A stretch of DNA of 32,000 nt from assembly GCF_000619845.1 (NCBI RefSeq), contig NZ_JHUX01000008.1, forward strand, positions 90,001 through 122,000, read 5' to 3'. Origin of the DNA: Alkanindiges illinoisensis DSM 15370 (GTDB taxonomy: Bacteria > Pseudomonadota > Gammaproteobacteria > Pseudomonadales > Moraxellaceae). Below the pieces are notes generated by a model. The model was not told the DNA's origin. It ran no database searches and worked only from the letters and a program-made list of their open reading frames with translations. A program made the translations under genes and the position numbers. Positions 1 through 8,553 of the stretch are shown one piece after another; within the stretch, counting starts at the first letter, position 1; each line of letters starts with the position of its first letter.

Positions 1-251
1 CCTTTGGCGTGCAGGATGGCCGTGAAGGCGGCACTCGCTTTATTGACGCGCTGCAATTGTTCACACGTCTGGTCAATATTGGGGATGCCAAAAGTCTGGC
101 AACCCATCCGGCAACCACCACCCATCGACAGCTTAACGATGAAGAGCTGAAAAAGGCAGGGGTCAGCGAGGATATGGTGCGGCTGTCGATTGGCATTGAG
201 CATGTGGATGACCTGATTGCGGATCTGGAACAGGCATTGGCTGCAGTATAA
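1..251 (+). CDS. metY: O-acetylhomoserine sulfhydrylase/aminocarboxypropyltransferase (PLP-dependent Cys/Met-metabolism family), C-terminal fragment; 5' end outside window
   Basis: The frame of ORF 9..251 stays open to the window edge. The tail ...[20 protein letters not shown]...[21 protein letters not shown] matches the conserved C-terminus of MetY-type enzymes. A hairpin terminator follows. Confidence 0.8.
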   Translation, partial: FGVQDGREGGTRFIDALQLFTRLVNIGDAKSLATHPATTTHRQLNDEELKKAGVSEDMVRLSIGIEHVDDLIADLEQALAAV

Positions 252-270
252 AATTTAAAGTGTGTTGTGA

Positions 271-299
271 AGCATGGTCATGGCAGGCCATGCTTTTTA
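271..299 (+). terminator. Rho-independent terminator after metY
   Basis: 7-bp stem AGCATGG (271-277) / CCATGCT (288-294), 10-nt loop, then TTTTT (295-299). Confidence 0.6.
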
Positions 300-338
300 T
301 TTTTAGTATGTTTAACCTTGGATCTCTTTCAAAAGTCA

Positions 339-495
339 GGTTTCGACATGGTTGGTGAGCTTGCCGAAGGATGGTTCGACAGGCTCACCAACCATGGTTC
401 CTGAGCTTACCAAAGGACGGTTCCTGAGCTTGTCGAAGGACGGTCATTAAGCATTCGACAGGCTCATGCCGAGGTCTTGTCGAAGTGGTCAAAGG
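339..495. repeat. Cluster of REP-like intergenic palindromic units (TTCGACAGGCTCA and its complement TGAGCTTGTCGAA)
   Basis: Imperfect hairpin 355-368/375-388 (12 WC, 1 GU and 1 mismatch over 14 positions). Hairpin 425-437/454-466 (13 bp with one GU). 23-bp tandem direct repeat 396-418 / 419-441 (20/23 identical). Further partial copies sit at 341-350 and 475-484. The cluster lies between convergent metY and pncB. Confidence 0.65.
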
Positions 496-543
496 CAAGT
501 TGGCGTTACTGATGAAAGAAGTCTCTTAATTACAATCCTAACC

Positions 544-1770
544 TCAACTTTCGCTAGGCTCGGCAATTTCAAATACCTGTCGCAAATAGGCCAGAAAGGT
601 TTCATCCGTGCTCATGGTTTTGCCGGGGCTATCCGATAGCTTGGCTACCGACTGGCCATTACATTGCACCAGTTTCAGCACAATATTCAGCGGCACATGG
701 CCCATATCATTGGTCAGGTTGGTGCCAATGCCAAAACTGGTCTGGAAGCGATCCTTAAAATAGTGGTACAAGGCCCAGGCTTTTTCCAGATTCAGGCCAT
801 CGCTAAAGGTCAGCATTTTGGTTTTCGGGTCAATACGTAATGCCAGATAATGCGCATAGGCTTTATCACCCCATGCATACGGGTCACCACTGTCATGCCG
901 CAAGCCATCAAACAGCTTGGCAAAGTACAGGTCAAAATCGCGCAGGAATGCATCCATGCCCACCACATCAGTCAGGGCAATGCCAAGATCACCCCGGTAT
1001 TCATGCACCCAGCTTTCCAGCGCAGCTTTCTGAAAATTACGCAAGCGTACATTCAGTGCCTGAAACGCCTGCAAAAATTCATGCGCCATGGTGCCAATCG
1101 GACTAATGCCAAGCTGCATGGCCAGATACACATTGCTGGTGCCGCGAAACACCTGTGGCGCTGCTGCATGCAGGGTTTTCACCACATGCTGTTGCCATAC
1201 ATAGCTATAGCGCCGCCGCGTGCCAAAATCAGAAACCAGAAACGGTGGCTCGCCAGAATTCTGCTGCCGGGCATATGTCTTAATGAACGCAACCTTGGCT
1301 TGCAGGCGCTGTTCAGCAGTTTCCAGAACAGCCGGTGTTTCCAGCCGCCGGAAATACAGCTCATTCACAATGGCCAGCACAAAAATTTCAAAGAACATGG
1401 CCTGTACCATTGGGCCTTCCACCACAATATCCAGCGAGCCTTGTTCATCAATATGCGTCTGGATAAAACGGCGCTTCAGCTGAAACAGCTCCAGATAATC
1501 CACCAGATCACTTTTGATAAAGCGCAAGCTGCGCAAGTAGTCTAATTCCTCGGGTTTAAACTTGATCTCACACAGCCGATCCAGCTCAATGTCCAGTTCG
1601 TCTTTAATGTCACGCAATGGATAGGCAATCTTGTCTTCATTGCGGCAACGGAAATGATAAACGCTATGTGTTTCAGGAAACTGGTGCAGCACCACCTGAA
1701 GCATGGTGAACTTATAAAGGTCTGTATCCAGCAGGGACTGGATAATTGGTGGGCGTTGGTTAATGACCAT
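544..1770 (-). CDS. pncB: nicotinate phosphoribosyltransferase
   Basis: 408-aa ORF. N-terminus ...[24 protein letters not shown]... and the ...SDFGTRRR... and ...GTMAHEF... motifs are typical of PncB. Confidence 0.9.
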   Translation of the reverse strand: MVINQRPPIIQSLLDTDLYKFTMLQVVLHQFPETHSVYHFRCRNEDKIAYPLRDIKDELDIELDRLCEIKFKPEELDYLRSLRFIKSDLVDYLELFQLKRRFIQTHIDEQGSLDIVVEGPMVQAMFFEIFVLAIVNELYFRRLETPAVLETAEQRLQAKVAFIKTYARQQNSGEPPFLVSDFGTRRRYSYVWQQHVVKTLHAAAPQVFRGTSNVYLAMQLGISPIGTMAHEFLQAFQALNVRLRNFQKAALESWVHEYRGDLGIALTDVVGMDAFLRDFDLYFAKLFDGLRHDSGDPYAWGDKAYAHYLALRIDPKTKMLTFSDGLNLEKAWALYHYFKDRFQTSFGIGTNLTNDMGHVPLNIVLKLVQCNGQSVAKLSDSPGKTMSTDETFLAYLRQVFEIAEPSES

Positions 1771-2078
1771 AATTTAAATGATTAACAGCAGACTAATTAA
1801 AATTCATTAAACCATGCAAAATGAGCGACTTAACAATTTACCCTTAATACACTCCAAATTGTATAAAAGGGCAGACCAGTACCATTCAAAACTCCAGCTT
1901 ACCGCCTGTCGGCTACAGGTGTTTGCCGCTCTTTTTTCTGGCTAAAAATAACACAAAAATAGATTGTAATCGAATTGTGATTTTATGTAATTAGTGTAAA
2001 CTGGTTCTAAGTTTAGGATAATACCGCGACATGGTGTAGCCATATGACGGTAGAAAATTAATATGTGAGTACCAGCGT

Positions 2079-2570
2079 ATGCAGCATGGAATTTTTCAAC
2101 TGGCCAGGCGGGCCATTACGTTTACCAGCATCAGTTTATTCTGGTTTATGTTAAGCGCCGCATTGATGCATTTTTCCTTAAATGGATTATATGCTCCAGA
2201 AACTTCCCTGCAAACCACCGTGACCTGGTATGGGTTTTTGTTTCAGGTGAGTTTGTTCTGGCTTAGCCTGATTGCAGGTGGTGTAGGCCTTGCGCATGTT
2301 ACCTTTACCCGCCAGTGGTATCACTCACTGCGCAATATCATGGTGCTGTGGCAGGGCGTGATCAGCCAGCAATGGCAACTGATGAGCTTTATCCTGGTAC
2401 TGAGCTACACCGCACTGGCCTTTATGGTGTATGTGGTACAAAAAAATATGGGTCTGGATGGGCAGTTGCTGCTGGCTGTGACCTCAGCCGCACTGGTGAT
2501 GTTTAGCCGTGAAATCAGTCAGAAGGCACTTTATATTGTGGCGCGTGTGGCACCGGATTCCCGTATTTAA
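2079..2570 (+). CDS. hypothetical integral membrane protein (about 4 predicted TM segments)
   Basis: 163-aa ORF with repeated long hydrophobic stretches, followed by a strong terminator. No family recognised. The RBS is weak, so the start is uncertain. Confidence 0.5.
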   Translation: MQHGIFQLARRAITFTSISLFWFMLSAALMHFSLNGLYAPETSLQTTVTWYGFLFQVSLFWLSLIAGGVGLAHVTFTRQWYHSLRNIMVLWQGVISQQWQLMSFILVLSYTALAFMVYVVQKNMGLDGQLLLAVTSAALVMFSREISQKALYIVARVAPDSRI

Positions 2571-2590
2571 GTTTTATGTTCACTCGCTTT

Positions 2591-2618
2591 GCCCACTACA
2601 CCTAGTGGGCTTTTTTTT
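2591..2618 (+). terminator. Rho-independent terminator
   Basis: 8-bp stem GCCCACTA (2591-2598) / TAGTGGGC (2603-2610), loop CACC, then T8 (2611-2618). Confidence 0.7.
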
Positions 2619-2814
2619 GCCTGTACATTTATTGTGGCGAAATCTGGACTTACTCAAGGTGCACAGTAGTTGCCAAACCCGCGCGTTTTGTTACCAAGCC
2701 CAACTGAAAAATATAAGCAGACTGAGTAGGCTTAAACCTCATTGGCGCAGCAAGCCCATAGCTTTTTATAGGGTTTGCGCTGATATCTGGATTTTAATAC
2801 TGAGGAGAAAACTC

Positions 2815-3033
2815 ATGTCTGTTGCACGCAATTTTGAAGTGTCCAGTACCTCTAACGTGAGCTTTGAGGATGCCATTAATAAGGGGATTCAGGGCGTTTC
2901 TGATAATGTAAACAACATTAAAGGCGCATGGATCAAGGAACAAAAAGTGGATATCAGCAATGGCAAAATTTCTGCCTATAATGTGATGATGATTGTGACT
3001 GCTGCCGTTGATGATGTTGGTGGCGCGAGTTGA
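2815..3033 (+). CDS. dodecin-family (flavin-binding) small protein
   Basis: Internal ATG at 2815, preceded by GAGGAG (2802-2807). The 72-aa product MSVARNFEVSSTSNVSFEDAINKGIQGVS...IKGAWIKEQKVDISNGKISAYNVMMIV follows the dodecin pattern. The upstream part of track ORF 2509..3033 crosses the terminator and looks non-coding. Confidence 0.75.
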   Translation: MSVARNFEVSSTSNVSFEDAINKGIQGVSDNVNNIKGAWIKEQKVDISNGKISAYNVMMIVTAAVDDVGGAS

Positions 3034-3050
3034 TCGTTAAAAATAGTTTA

Positions 3051-3077
3051 AAGCCGGCATTGATGTCGGCTTTTTTT
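3051..3077 (+). terminator. Rho-independent terminator after dodecin gene
   Basis: Stem AAGCCGGCA (3051-3059) / TGTCGGCTT (3064-3072) with one GU pair, 4-nt loop; the T run 3071-3077 begins within the 3' arm of the stem. Confidence 0.65.
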
Positions 3078-3164
3078 ATGAGCCAATTTAAATATCAACC
3101 TATAGCTTTATTGGCTTAAAATTAAAGGAACAAACTATATTATTTAAAGGAATATTAAAAAGAC

Positions 3165-3791
3165 ATGCTGTTTTATATCTTTATTTTTATTGGGTTAATG
3201 CTAGTTGTAGCATATCTTTCTTCACCAAAATTCAAGGGTAAGTTGGGTGAGTTTGCAGTTACAGCTCAAGCTAAAAAATATTTGGGAGAAGCATATATTT
3301 TACTTAATGATTGCACATTGTCAGATGGTCAGAATGGCACAACGCAAATTGACCATATCTTGTTAAGCCCTTATGGAATATTCGTGATTGAGACTAAAAA
3401 TTATCAGGGGTGGATATTTGGTGGAGAGCGGCAAAAGAATTGGACTCAAAAAATTTATAAAAAATCCTTTAAGTTTCAAAATCCATTGCATCAGAATTAT
3501 AAGCATACAAAGGTACTGGAAAGTGTCTTAGAGGACGTGCTTGGCCCCCAGTACTTGCATTCATTAATTGTATTTACTCCGCAAAGTACTTTTAAAACAG
3601 CGATGCCAGCAAATGTTGTGCAGGGCCGTGCCTGGATTGAATATGTAAAGCAGTTTCAGGAAGAAGTTATTCCAGCAATAAAGCTTAAGCGAATCCAGTA
3701 CCGGATTGAAAAGGAAATTATGGAGAAAGGCTGGAAAACAAATCGCTTGCACGTTGAAAGTTTAAAGCAAAAACGGATTGAACCAGATTAA
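3165..3791 (+). CDS. NERD (nuclease-related domain) protein with N-terminal membrane anchor
   Basis: 208 aa with a hydrophobic N-terminus MLFYIFIFIGLMLVVAYL. The core GKLGEF...YILLNDCTL...TQIDHILLSPYGIFVIETKNYQGWIFG...W matches the NERD domain signature. The gene is visibly AT-richer than its neighbours. Confidence 0.8.
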   Translation: MLFYIFIFIGLMLVVAYLSSPKFKGKLGEFAVTAQAKKYLGEAYILLNDCTLSDGQNGTTQIDHILLSPYGIFVIETKNYQGWIFGGERQKNWTQKIYKKSFKFQNPLHQNYKHTKVLESVLEDVLGPQYLHSLIVFTPQSTFKTAMPANVVQGRAWIEYVKQFQEEVIPAIKLKRIQYRIEKEIMEKGWKTNRLHVESLKQKRIEPD

Positions 3792-3823
3792 AAGCAGTTA
3801 TGTTCCTTATACTTAAACAACTT

Positions 3824-3852
3824 ATAAAAAAGCCTGCATTATCGCAGGCTTT
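3824..3852. terminator. Shared hairpin terminator between convergent NERD gene and nrdB (better U-tract for nrdB, minus strand)
   Basis: 7-bp stem AGCCTGC (3831-3837) / GCAGGCT (3844-3850), 6-nt loop. It is flanked by A5 (3826-3830) upstream and TT downstream. Confidence 0.6.
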
Positions 3853-3863
3853 ATAGATCTGGA

Positions 3864-5141
3864 TTACCAGCTCAACGCACCACCAGTCTGATAATCTGTT
3901 ACCCGCGTTTCAAAGAAGTTTTTCTCTTTACGCAAGTCCATCATCTCAGACATCCACGAGAATGGATTGGTCACGCCAACATATTGCTCCGGCAAGCCCA
4001 ACTGGGACAAGCGACGGTTGGCAATAAACTTCAGGTACTCTTCCATCATGGCGGCATTCATGCCCAATACACCACGCGGCATGGTGTCACGTGCATACTC
4101 GATTTCCAGCATCGCACCTTCCAGAATCATCTGGGTCACTTCCTGCTGGAATTCCTTGGTCCATAGGTTTGGATTCTCAATCTTGATCTGGTTGATCATG
4201 TCGATACCAAAATTCAGGTGCATGGATTCATCACGCAAAATGTACTGGAACTGCTCGGCAACCCCGGTCATCTTGTTGCGGCGGCCCATCGACAGAATCT
4301 GGGTAAAGCCACAGTAGAAGAAAATCCCTTCCAGCACGCAATAAAATGCAATCAGGTTACGCAACAGGGTCTGGTCATCTTCGGGTGTACCGGTCTTGAA
4401 AGTAGGATCACCCAGGCTTTGCGTATATGTCAGACCCCAAGCGGCTTTACGTGCAACGCTGGGCACTTCGCGGTACATATTGAACACTTCGCCTTCATCC
4501 ATGCCCAGCGACTGGATGCAGTACTGGTAGGCATGAGTATGAATGGCTTCTTCAAAGGCCTGACGCAAAATGTACTGACGGCATTCCGGATTGGTAATGT
4601 GGCGATAGAGCGCCAATACCAGATTATTGGCCACCAGAGAATCCGCAGTAGAGAAGAAGCCCAAGGAACGCATGACAATCAGGCGCTCATCTTCAGTCAG
4701 GCCATTTTCAGATTTCCACAGGGCAATATCTGCCGTCATGTTGACTTCCTGTGGCATCCAGTGGTTGGCACAACCATCCAGATATTTTTGCCATGCCCAT
4801 TCATACTTGAACGGTACAAGCTGGTTTAAGTCAGCGCGGCAGTTGATCATGGCCTTGTCATCGACCTGCACGCGACCTGCGCCCATTTCCAGTTCTTCAA
4901 GACCGGGGGCAACATCCAGATGGGCTAGGGATTCTGTGGCTCTTTCCACAGCACTGCTGGCAACAGGCTGAGCTGGTGCTGGGCTAATGGGTTGAGCAGT
5001 AGCCACTGGCGCTTTTGCTGCTGGTGCAGCAGATACCAGCGGTGCAGAACCCGTTTGCGGCGCTTGGACTGGCGCAGGTTTGACTGCGAGTGGCGTAGTG
5101 TTCGCATCATCGTCTAAATCATCCCAGCTTAAAATGGACAT
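3864..5141 (-). CDS. nrdB: class Ia ribonucleotide reductase beta subunit, with Ala/Pro-rich N-terminal extension
   Basis: 425-aa ORF. It contains ...[37 protein letters not shown]... and di-iron ligand regions ([24 protein letters not shown]). GAGG RBS upstream. Confidence 0.93.
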   Translation of the reverse strand: MSILSWDDLDDDANTTPLAVKPAPVQAPQTGSAPLVSAAPAAKAPVATAQPISPAPAQPVASSAVERATESLAHLDVAPGLEELEMGAGRVQVDDKAMINCRADLNQLVPFKYEWAWQKYLDGCANHWMPQEVNMTADIALWKSENGLTEDERLIVMRSLGFFSTADSLVANNLVLALYRHITNPECRQYILRQAFEEAIHTHAYQYCIQSLGMDEGEVFNMYREVPSVARKAAWGLTYTQSLGDPTFKTGTPEDDQTLLRNLIAFYCVLEGIFFYCGFTQILSMGRRNKMTGVAEQFQYILRDESMHLNFGIDMINQIKIENPNLWTKEFQQEVTQMILEGAMLEIEYARDTMPRGVLGMNAAMMEEYLKFIANRRLSQLGLPEQYVGVTNPFSWMSEMMDLRKEKNFFETRVTDYQTGGALSW

Positions 5142-5284
5142 TTAACCATACCTCTTTAAATATTAAATTCAATATTGCGTCTGAGTGCTGTTTTCCAGCC
5201 TGTTACTGGCTCTATTATTTTGCACAGCACCCTCAAACCAGTTTTATGACAAGCAATATGTCTGTTGCCGTGCATCACAGCAGT

Positions 5285-5446
5285 TTATTTCTCACTTCCC
5301 GCAAGATCGTCTGGCGCAGGTTTATCCTTTTGTGACCTAAATATGGCCATAAAAATATAGACCATGGGCGCATAAAACACGATAAACATGGCGATCAGGG
5401 CACCCAAGCCCAGATCATAGCCAGTATTTACAGGAGAAGGCGCCAT
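5285..5446 (-). CDS. candidate 53-aa single-pass membrane protein, translationally coupled to nrdA (not in ORF track, below its length cut-off)
   Basis: Its ATG (5446-5444) overlaps the nrdA TAA (5448-5446) as TAATG. Hand translation: MAPSPVNTGYDLGLGALIAMFIVFYAPMVYIFMAIFRSQKDKPAPDDLAGSEK, stop at 5287-5285. It has one hydrophobic helix followed by a charged tail. Confidence 0.45.
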   Translation of the reverse strand: MAPSPVNTGYDLGLGALIAMFIVFYAPMVYIFMAIFRSQKDKPAPDDLAGSEK

Positions 5447-8292
5447 TACTGGCACGCTTCACAGTCTGGATTGTCAATACTGCACGCCAATGGTACTGGC
5501 GCCGCATTGGCAAATGCATCATCTTCCACAACTGCACTGGCATTTACGTCAGCAGGTGCAGCTTCAGCAATGACTGGCGCAACGCCTGTAGCCTTAACCG
5601 CATTGAGCGCACCCGTATTGATGGTAGATTTTTCAGCCGAAGTAGCACCCAGTGCACGCAGGTAGTAAGTGGTTTTCAGGCCACGCAACCATGCCATTTT
5701 GTAGGTGATGTCCAGCTTCTTGCCATTCGCACCTGCAATATACAGGTTCAATGACTGCGCCTGATCAATCCACTTCTGGCGACGGCTGGCTGCATCCACA
5801 ATCCAGCGCGGTTCTACTTCAAATGCAGTGGCAAACAGCGCTTTAAGGTCATCCGGAATACGGGCAATTTTCTGTACCGAACCTTCATAGTGTTTCAGGT
5901 CATTCACCATCACCACATCCCACAGGTTACGCTCTTTTAAAGCGCGCACTAGATAAGGGTTGATCACGGTAAATTCACCGGACAGGTTGGATTTGACATA
6001 CAGGTTCTGGAAGGTTGGCTCAATGGACTGCGCCACACCACAAATGTTGGAAATGGTGGCAGTTGGGGCAATTGCCATCACATTGGAGTTGCGCATGCCA
6101 TCTTTTTGCACTTTTTGACGCAAGGTATCCCAGTCCAGCGTCTGGCTACGATCTACATCAAACATGCGCTCAGGACGTGACTTGGCCACAATATCCAGCG
6201 AGTCAATCGGCAGAATGCCCTGATCCCACAAAGAGCCTTTAAAGGTGCTGTAGCTGCCACGCTCAACCGCCAGTTCGCTGGAAGTATGAATGGCATGATA
6301 GCTAATCACTTCCATGGAACGGTCAGCAAACTCAACCGCTTCGGCTGAACCATAGGCAATGTTTAACTCATACAGGGCATCCTGAAAGCCCATAATACCC
6401 ATGCCCACCGGGCGGTGCTTCAGGTTGGATGCTTTGGCTTGCGGCACGGCGTAATAGTTAATGTCAATGACGTTGTCCAGCATGCGCACCGCAGTTTTAA
6501 CGGTGGCTTTCAGCTTCTCACTGTCCAGTACGCCATCTTTAACATGCTTGACCAGATTGATTGAACCCAGATTACACACGGCAATCTCATCCTTGCTGGT
6601 ATTCAGGGTAATTTCGGTACATAGGTTTGATGAATGCACCACGCCCACATGCTGCTGAGGAGAGCGCAGGTTGCACACATCCTTAAAGGTAATCCATGGA
6701 TGGCCAGTTTCAAACAGCATGGACAGCATTTTGCGCCATAAATCCTGCGCACGGACACGCTTGAACAGCTTGAGCTTGCCGTCACGGGTCAGCTGCTCAT
6801 ATGCCTCATATTTTTCTTTAAAGGCAAGGCCGGTCAGGTCATGCAATTCTGGAACATCGGATGGGCTGAACAGTGTCCATTCGCCATCTTCAATCACGCG
6901 CTGCATAAACAGGTCAGGTACCCAGTTAGCCGTGTTCATATCATGCGTGCGGCGACGGTCATCCCCGGTGTTTTTACGCAGTTCCAGAAATTCCTCAACG
7001 TCCAGATGCCAGCTTTCTAAATATGCACAGACTGCACCTTTACGCTTACCACCTTGGTTTACGGCAACCGCAGTGTCATTGACTACTTTTAAGAATGGCA
7101 CTACACCTTGTGACTTGCCGTTGGTTCCCTTAATTGAGGAATTCAAGGCACGAACAGGTGTCCAGTCATTGCCCAGACCGCCTGCCCATTTGGACAGCAT
7201 GGCGTTGTCCTGAATCGCACCATAAATACCATGCAGATCATCTGGCACGGTGGTCAGGTAGCAGCTTGAAAGCTGTGAACGCAAAGTGCCGGAGTTAAAC
7301 AGGGTAGGCGTGGATGCCATGTAATCAAAGCTGGACAGCAGGTTATAAAACTCAATGGCCCGTGCTTCGCGGTCATCTTCTTTTAAGGCAAGACCCATGG
7401 AAACACGCATAAAGAACAATTGTGGCAGCTCAAACCGGGTGCCTTCACTGTGAATAAAATAGCGGTCATACAGGGTTTGCAGCCCCAGATAGGTAAACTG
7501 GTTGCTGCGTTCTGGCATAATCGCTGCCTTGAGCTTTTCAAGGTCAAAGGTCAGCAGTTGTGGGTCCAGCAATTCCAGTGCAACACCTTTTTCCAAAAAG
7601 GCTTGCAGGGCTTCATTCTCGGTAGTGTCCAGCGGCAGGCCAAGAAACTCGAGGCCTTCTTTGAGCAGGTCATCACGTAGCAGGCGTGCGGTGACATAAG
7701 TGTAATTCGGTTCTTGCTCAATCCGGGTGCGGGTGGCCATCATCATGGTGGTAGAGATGTCCGCCTCATTCACACCGTTATAAAGGTTGCGTACGGTTTC
7801 ATCAATGATAGCCTGTACATCAATGCCTTCCAGACCGGCTGCGGCTTTTTCTACCGTGTGTTGCAATAGGCTTAAATCCAGTGGTTTTAACTGCCCATCA
7901 GTGCCTAAAATTTGCAGGGTAGGGTGGTGATTTGCATCATCCTGCTGGCGCAAGTTGGCCTGTTTTTCACGGTAAATCACATAGGCACGAGCCACTTTGT
8001 GCTCGCCAGTACGCATCAGGGCAAGCTCAACCTGATCCTGAATTTCTTCAATGTGAATAGTGCCACCAGACGGTAAACGGCGCTTGAAGGTATTTTCAAC
8101 CATTTCTGTCAGCTGGGTGACGCGATCATGGATACGGCTTGAATTGGCACCCTGCTGGCCTTCAACCGCCAGAAAAGCCTTGCTAATGGCCACGGCAATT
8201 TTGTCGGCATCATAAGGAAGCACCCCACCATTACGCTTAATAACCCGTAATTGTCCGGGGACTACTGAGGCTTGTCCAATTGGCGCATTCAT
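5446..8292 (-). CDS. nrdA: class Ia ribonucleotide reductase alpha subunit (long form with extended N-terminal ATP-cone region)
   Basis: 948-aa ORF with catalytic-site motifs (...SNLCTEI..., ...CNLGSINL...) and a C-terminal Cys pair ...CSIDNPDCEACQ. GGAG RBS upstream. Confidence 0.95.
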   Translation of the reverse strand: MNAPIGQASVVPGQLRVIKRNGGVLPYDADKIAVAISKAFLAVEGQQGANSSRIHDRVTQLTEMVENTFKRRLPSGGTIHIEEIQDQVELALMRTGEHKVARAYVIYREKQANLRQQDDANHHPTLQILGTDGQLKPLDLSLLQHTVEKAAAGLEGIDVQAIIDETVRNLYNGVNEADISTTMMMATRTRIEQEPNYTYVTARLLRDDLLKEGLEFLGLPLDTTENEALQAFLEKGVALELLDPQLLTFDLEKLKAAIMPERSNQFTYLGLQTLYDRYFIHSEGTRFELPQLFFMRVSMGLALKEDDREARAIEFYNLLSSFDYMASTPTLFNSGTLRSQLSSCYLTTVPDDLHGIYGAIQDNAMLSKWAGGLGNDWTPVRALNSSIKGTNGKSQGVVPFLKVVNDTAVAVNQGGKRKGAVCAYLESWHLDVEEFLELRKNTGDDRRRTHDMNTANWVPDLFMQRVIEDGEWTLFSPSDVPELHDLTGLAFKEKYEAYEQLTRDGKLKLFKRVRAQDLWRKMLSMLFETGHPWITFKDVCNLRSPQQHVGVVHSSNLCTEITLNTSKDEIAVCNLGSINLVKHVKDGVLDSEKLKATVKTAVRMLDNVIDINYYAVPQAKASNLKHRPVGMGIMGFQDALYELNIAYGSAEAVEFADRSMEVISYHAIHTSSELAVERGSYSTFKGSLWDQGILPIDSLDIVAKSRPERMFDVDRSQTLDWDTLRQKVQKDGMRNSNVMAIAPTATISNICGVAQSIEPTFQNLYVKSNLSGEFTVINPYLVRALKERNLWDVVMVNDLKHYEGSVQKIARIPDDLKALFATAFEVEPRWIVDAASRRQKWIDQAQSLNLYIAGANGKKLDITYKMAWLRGLKTTYYLRALGATSAEKSTINTGALNAVKATGVAPVIAEAAPADVNASAVVEDDAFANAAPVPLACSIDNPDCEACQ

Positions 8293-8340
8293 GACTGCTT
8301 TTCTCCCTAACAGGTCCGTGCATTCACATAAAAAGCAGTC
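8293..8340 (-). promoter_or_regulatory. 10-bp perfect inverted repeat bracketing the nrdA Shine-Dalgarno
   Basis: GACTGCTTTT (8293-8302) and AAAAGCAGTC (8331-8340) are exact reverse complements. The 28-nt spacer holds the GGGAG RBS, and one arm abuts the ATG. Confidence 0.4.
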
Positions 8341-8370
8341 ACTGCAAGCAATGCCCAGATTTTATGCAAA

Positions 8371-8386
8371 ACACTACTAATTGTGT
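8371..8386. promoter_or_regulatory. candidate NrdR box
   Basis: ACACTACTAATTGTGT matches the 16-bp NrdR palindrome consensus (acaCwAtATaTwGtgt) at 13/16 positions by my count, with intact ACAC...GTGT ends. It lies about 80 bp upstream of the nrdA ATG. A much weaker second site (8403-8418) sits 32 bp centre-to-centre away. Confidence 0.45.
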
Positions 8387-8497
8387 TGATTTAATTTGAT
8401 AGGCACAAGATAAGGGATTTTCACCTGATTAGCAATCTGCTCTTAAGTGATTTTGGATGAGTTATCGTTATATTATGTTGGTTATAAAAGCAACGAT

Positions 8498-8553
8498 TGT
8501 GGATAAGTTTGAGGATAACTATAGGGATAACTTTGTTGATAAGTTGTGGACAA
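8498..8553 (+). promoter_or_regulatory. head-to-tail array of five DnaA-box-like 9-mers
   Basis: TGTGGATAA (8498, 9/9 to the complement of TTATCCACA), TGAGGATAA (8510, 8/9), TAGGGATAA (8522, 7/9), TGTTGATAA (8534, 8/9), TGTGGACAA (8545, 8/9). Start-to-start spacing is 12, 12, 12 and 11 bp, and all five share one orientation. Confidence 0.5.

Noticed and set aside
1899-1936. Hairpin CGCCTGT-CGGCT-ACAGGTG followed some 10 nt later by a T-run, as a terminator of a tiny plus-strand sRNA upstream of pncB.
   Set aside because: The T-run is displaced from the stem, no convincing promoter lies upstream, and the transcript would be very short. The evidence is insufficient.
2509-2814. Long N-terminal part of track ORF 2509..3033 upstream of the dodecin domain.
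   Set aside because: It overlaps the end of the upstream gene and runs through its strong terminator (2591-2618), and it has an implausible Cys/His/Arg/Leu-rich composition. A GAGGAG RBS precedes the internal ATG at 2815.
2620-2814. Possible FMN (RFN) riboswitch upstream of the flavin-binding dodecin gene.
   Set aside because: None of the conserved RFN core strings (for example GGGCGGG...CCCACCGGCGG-type helices) is present.
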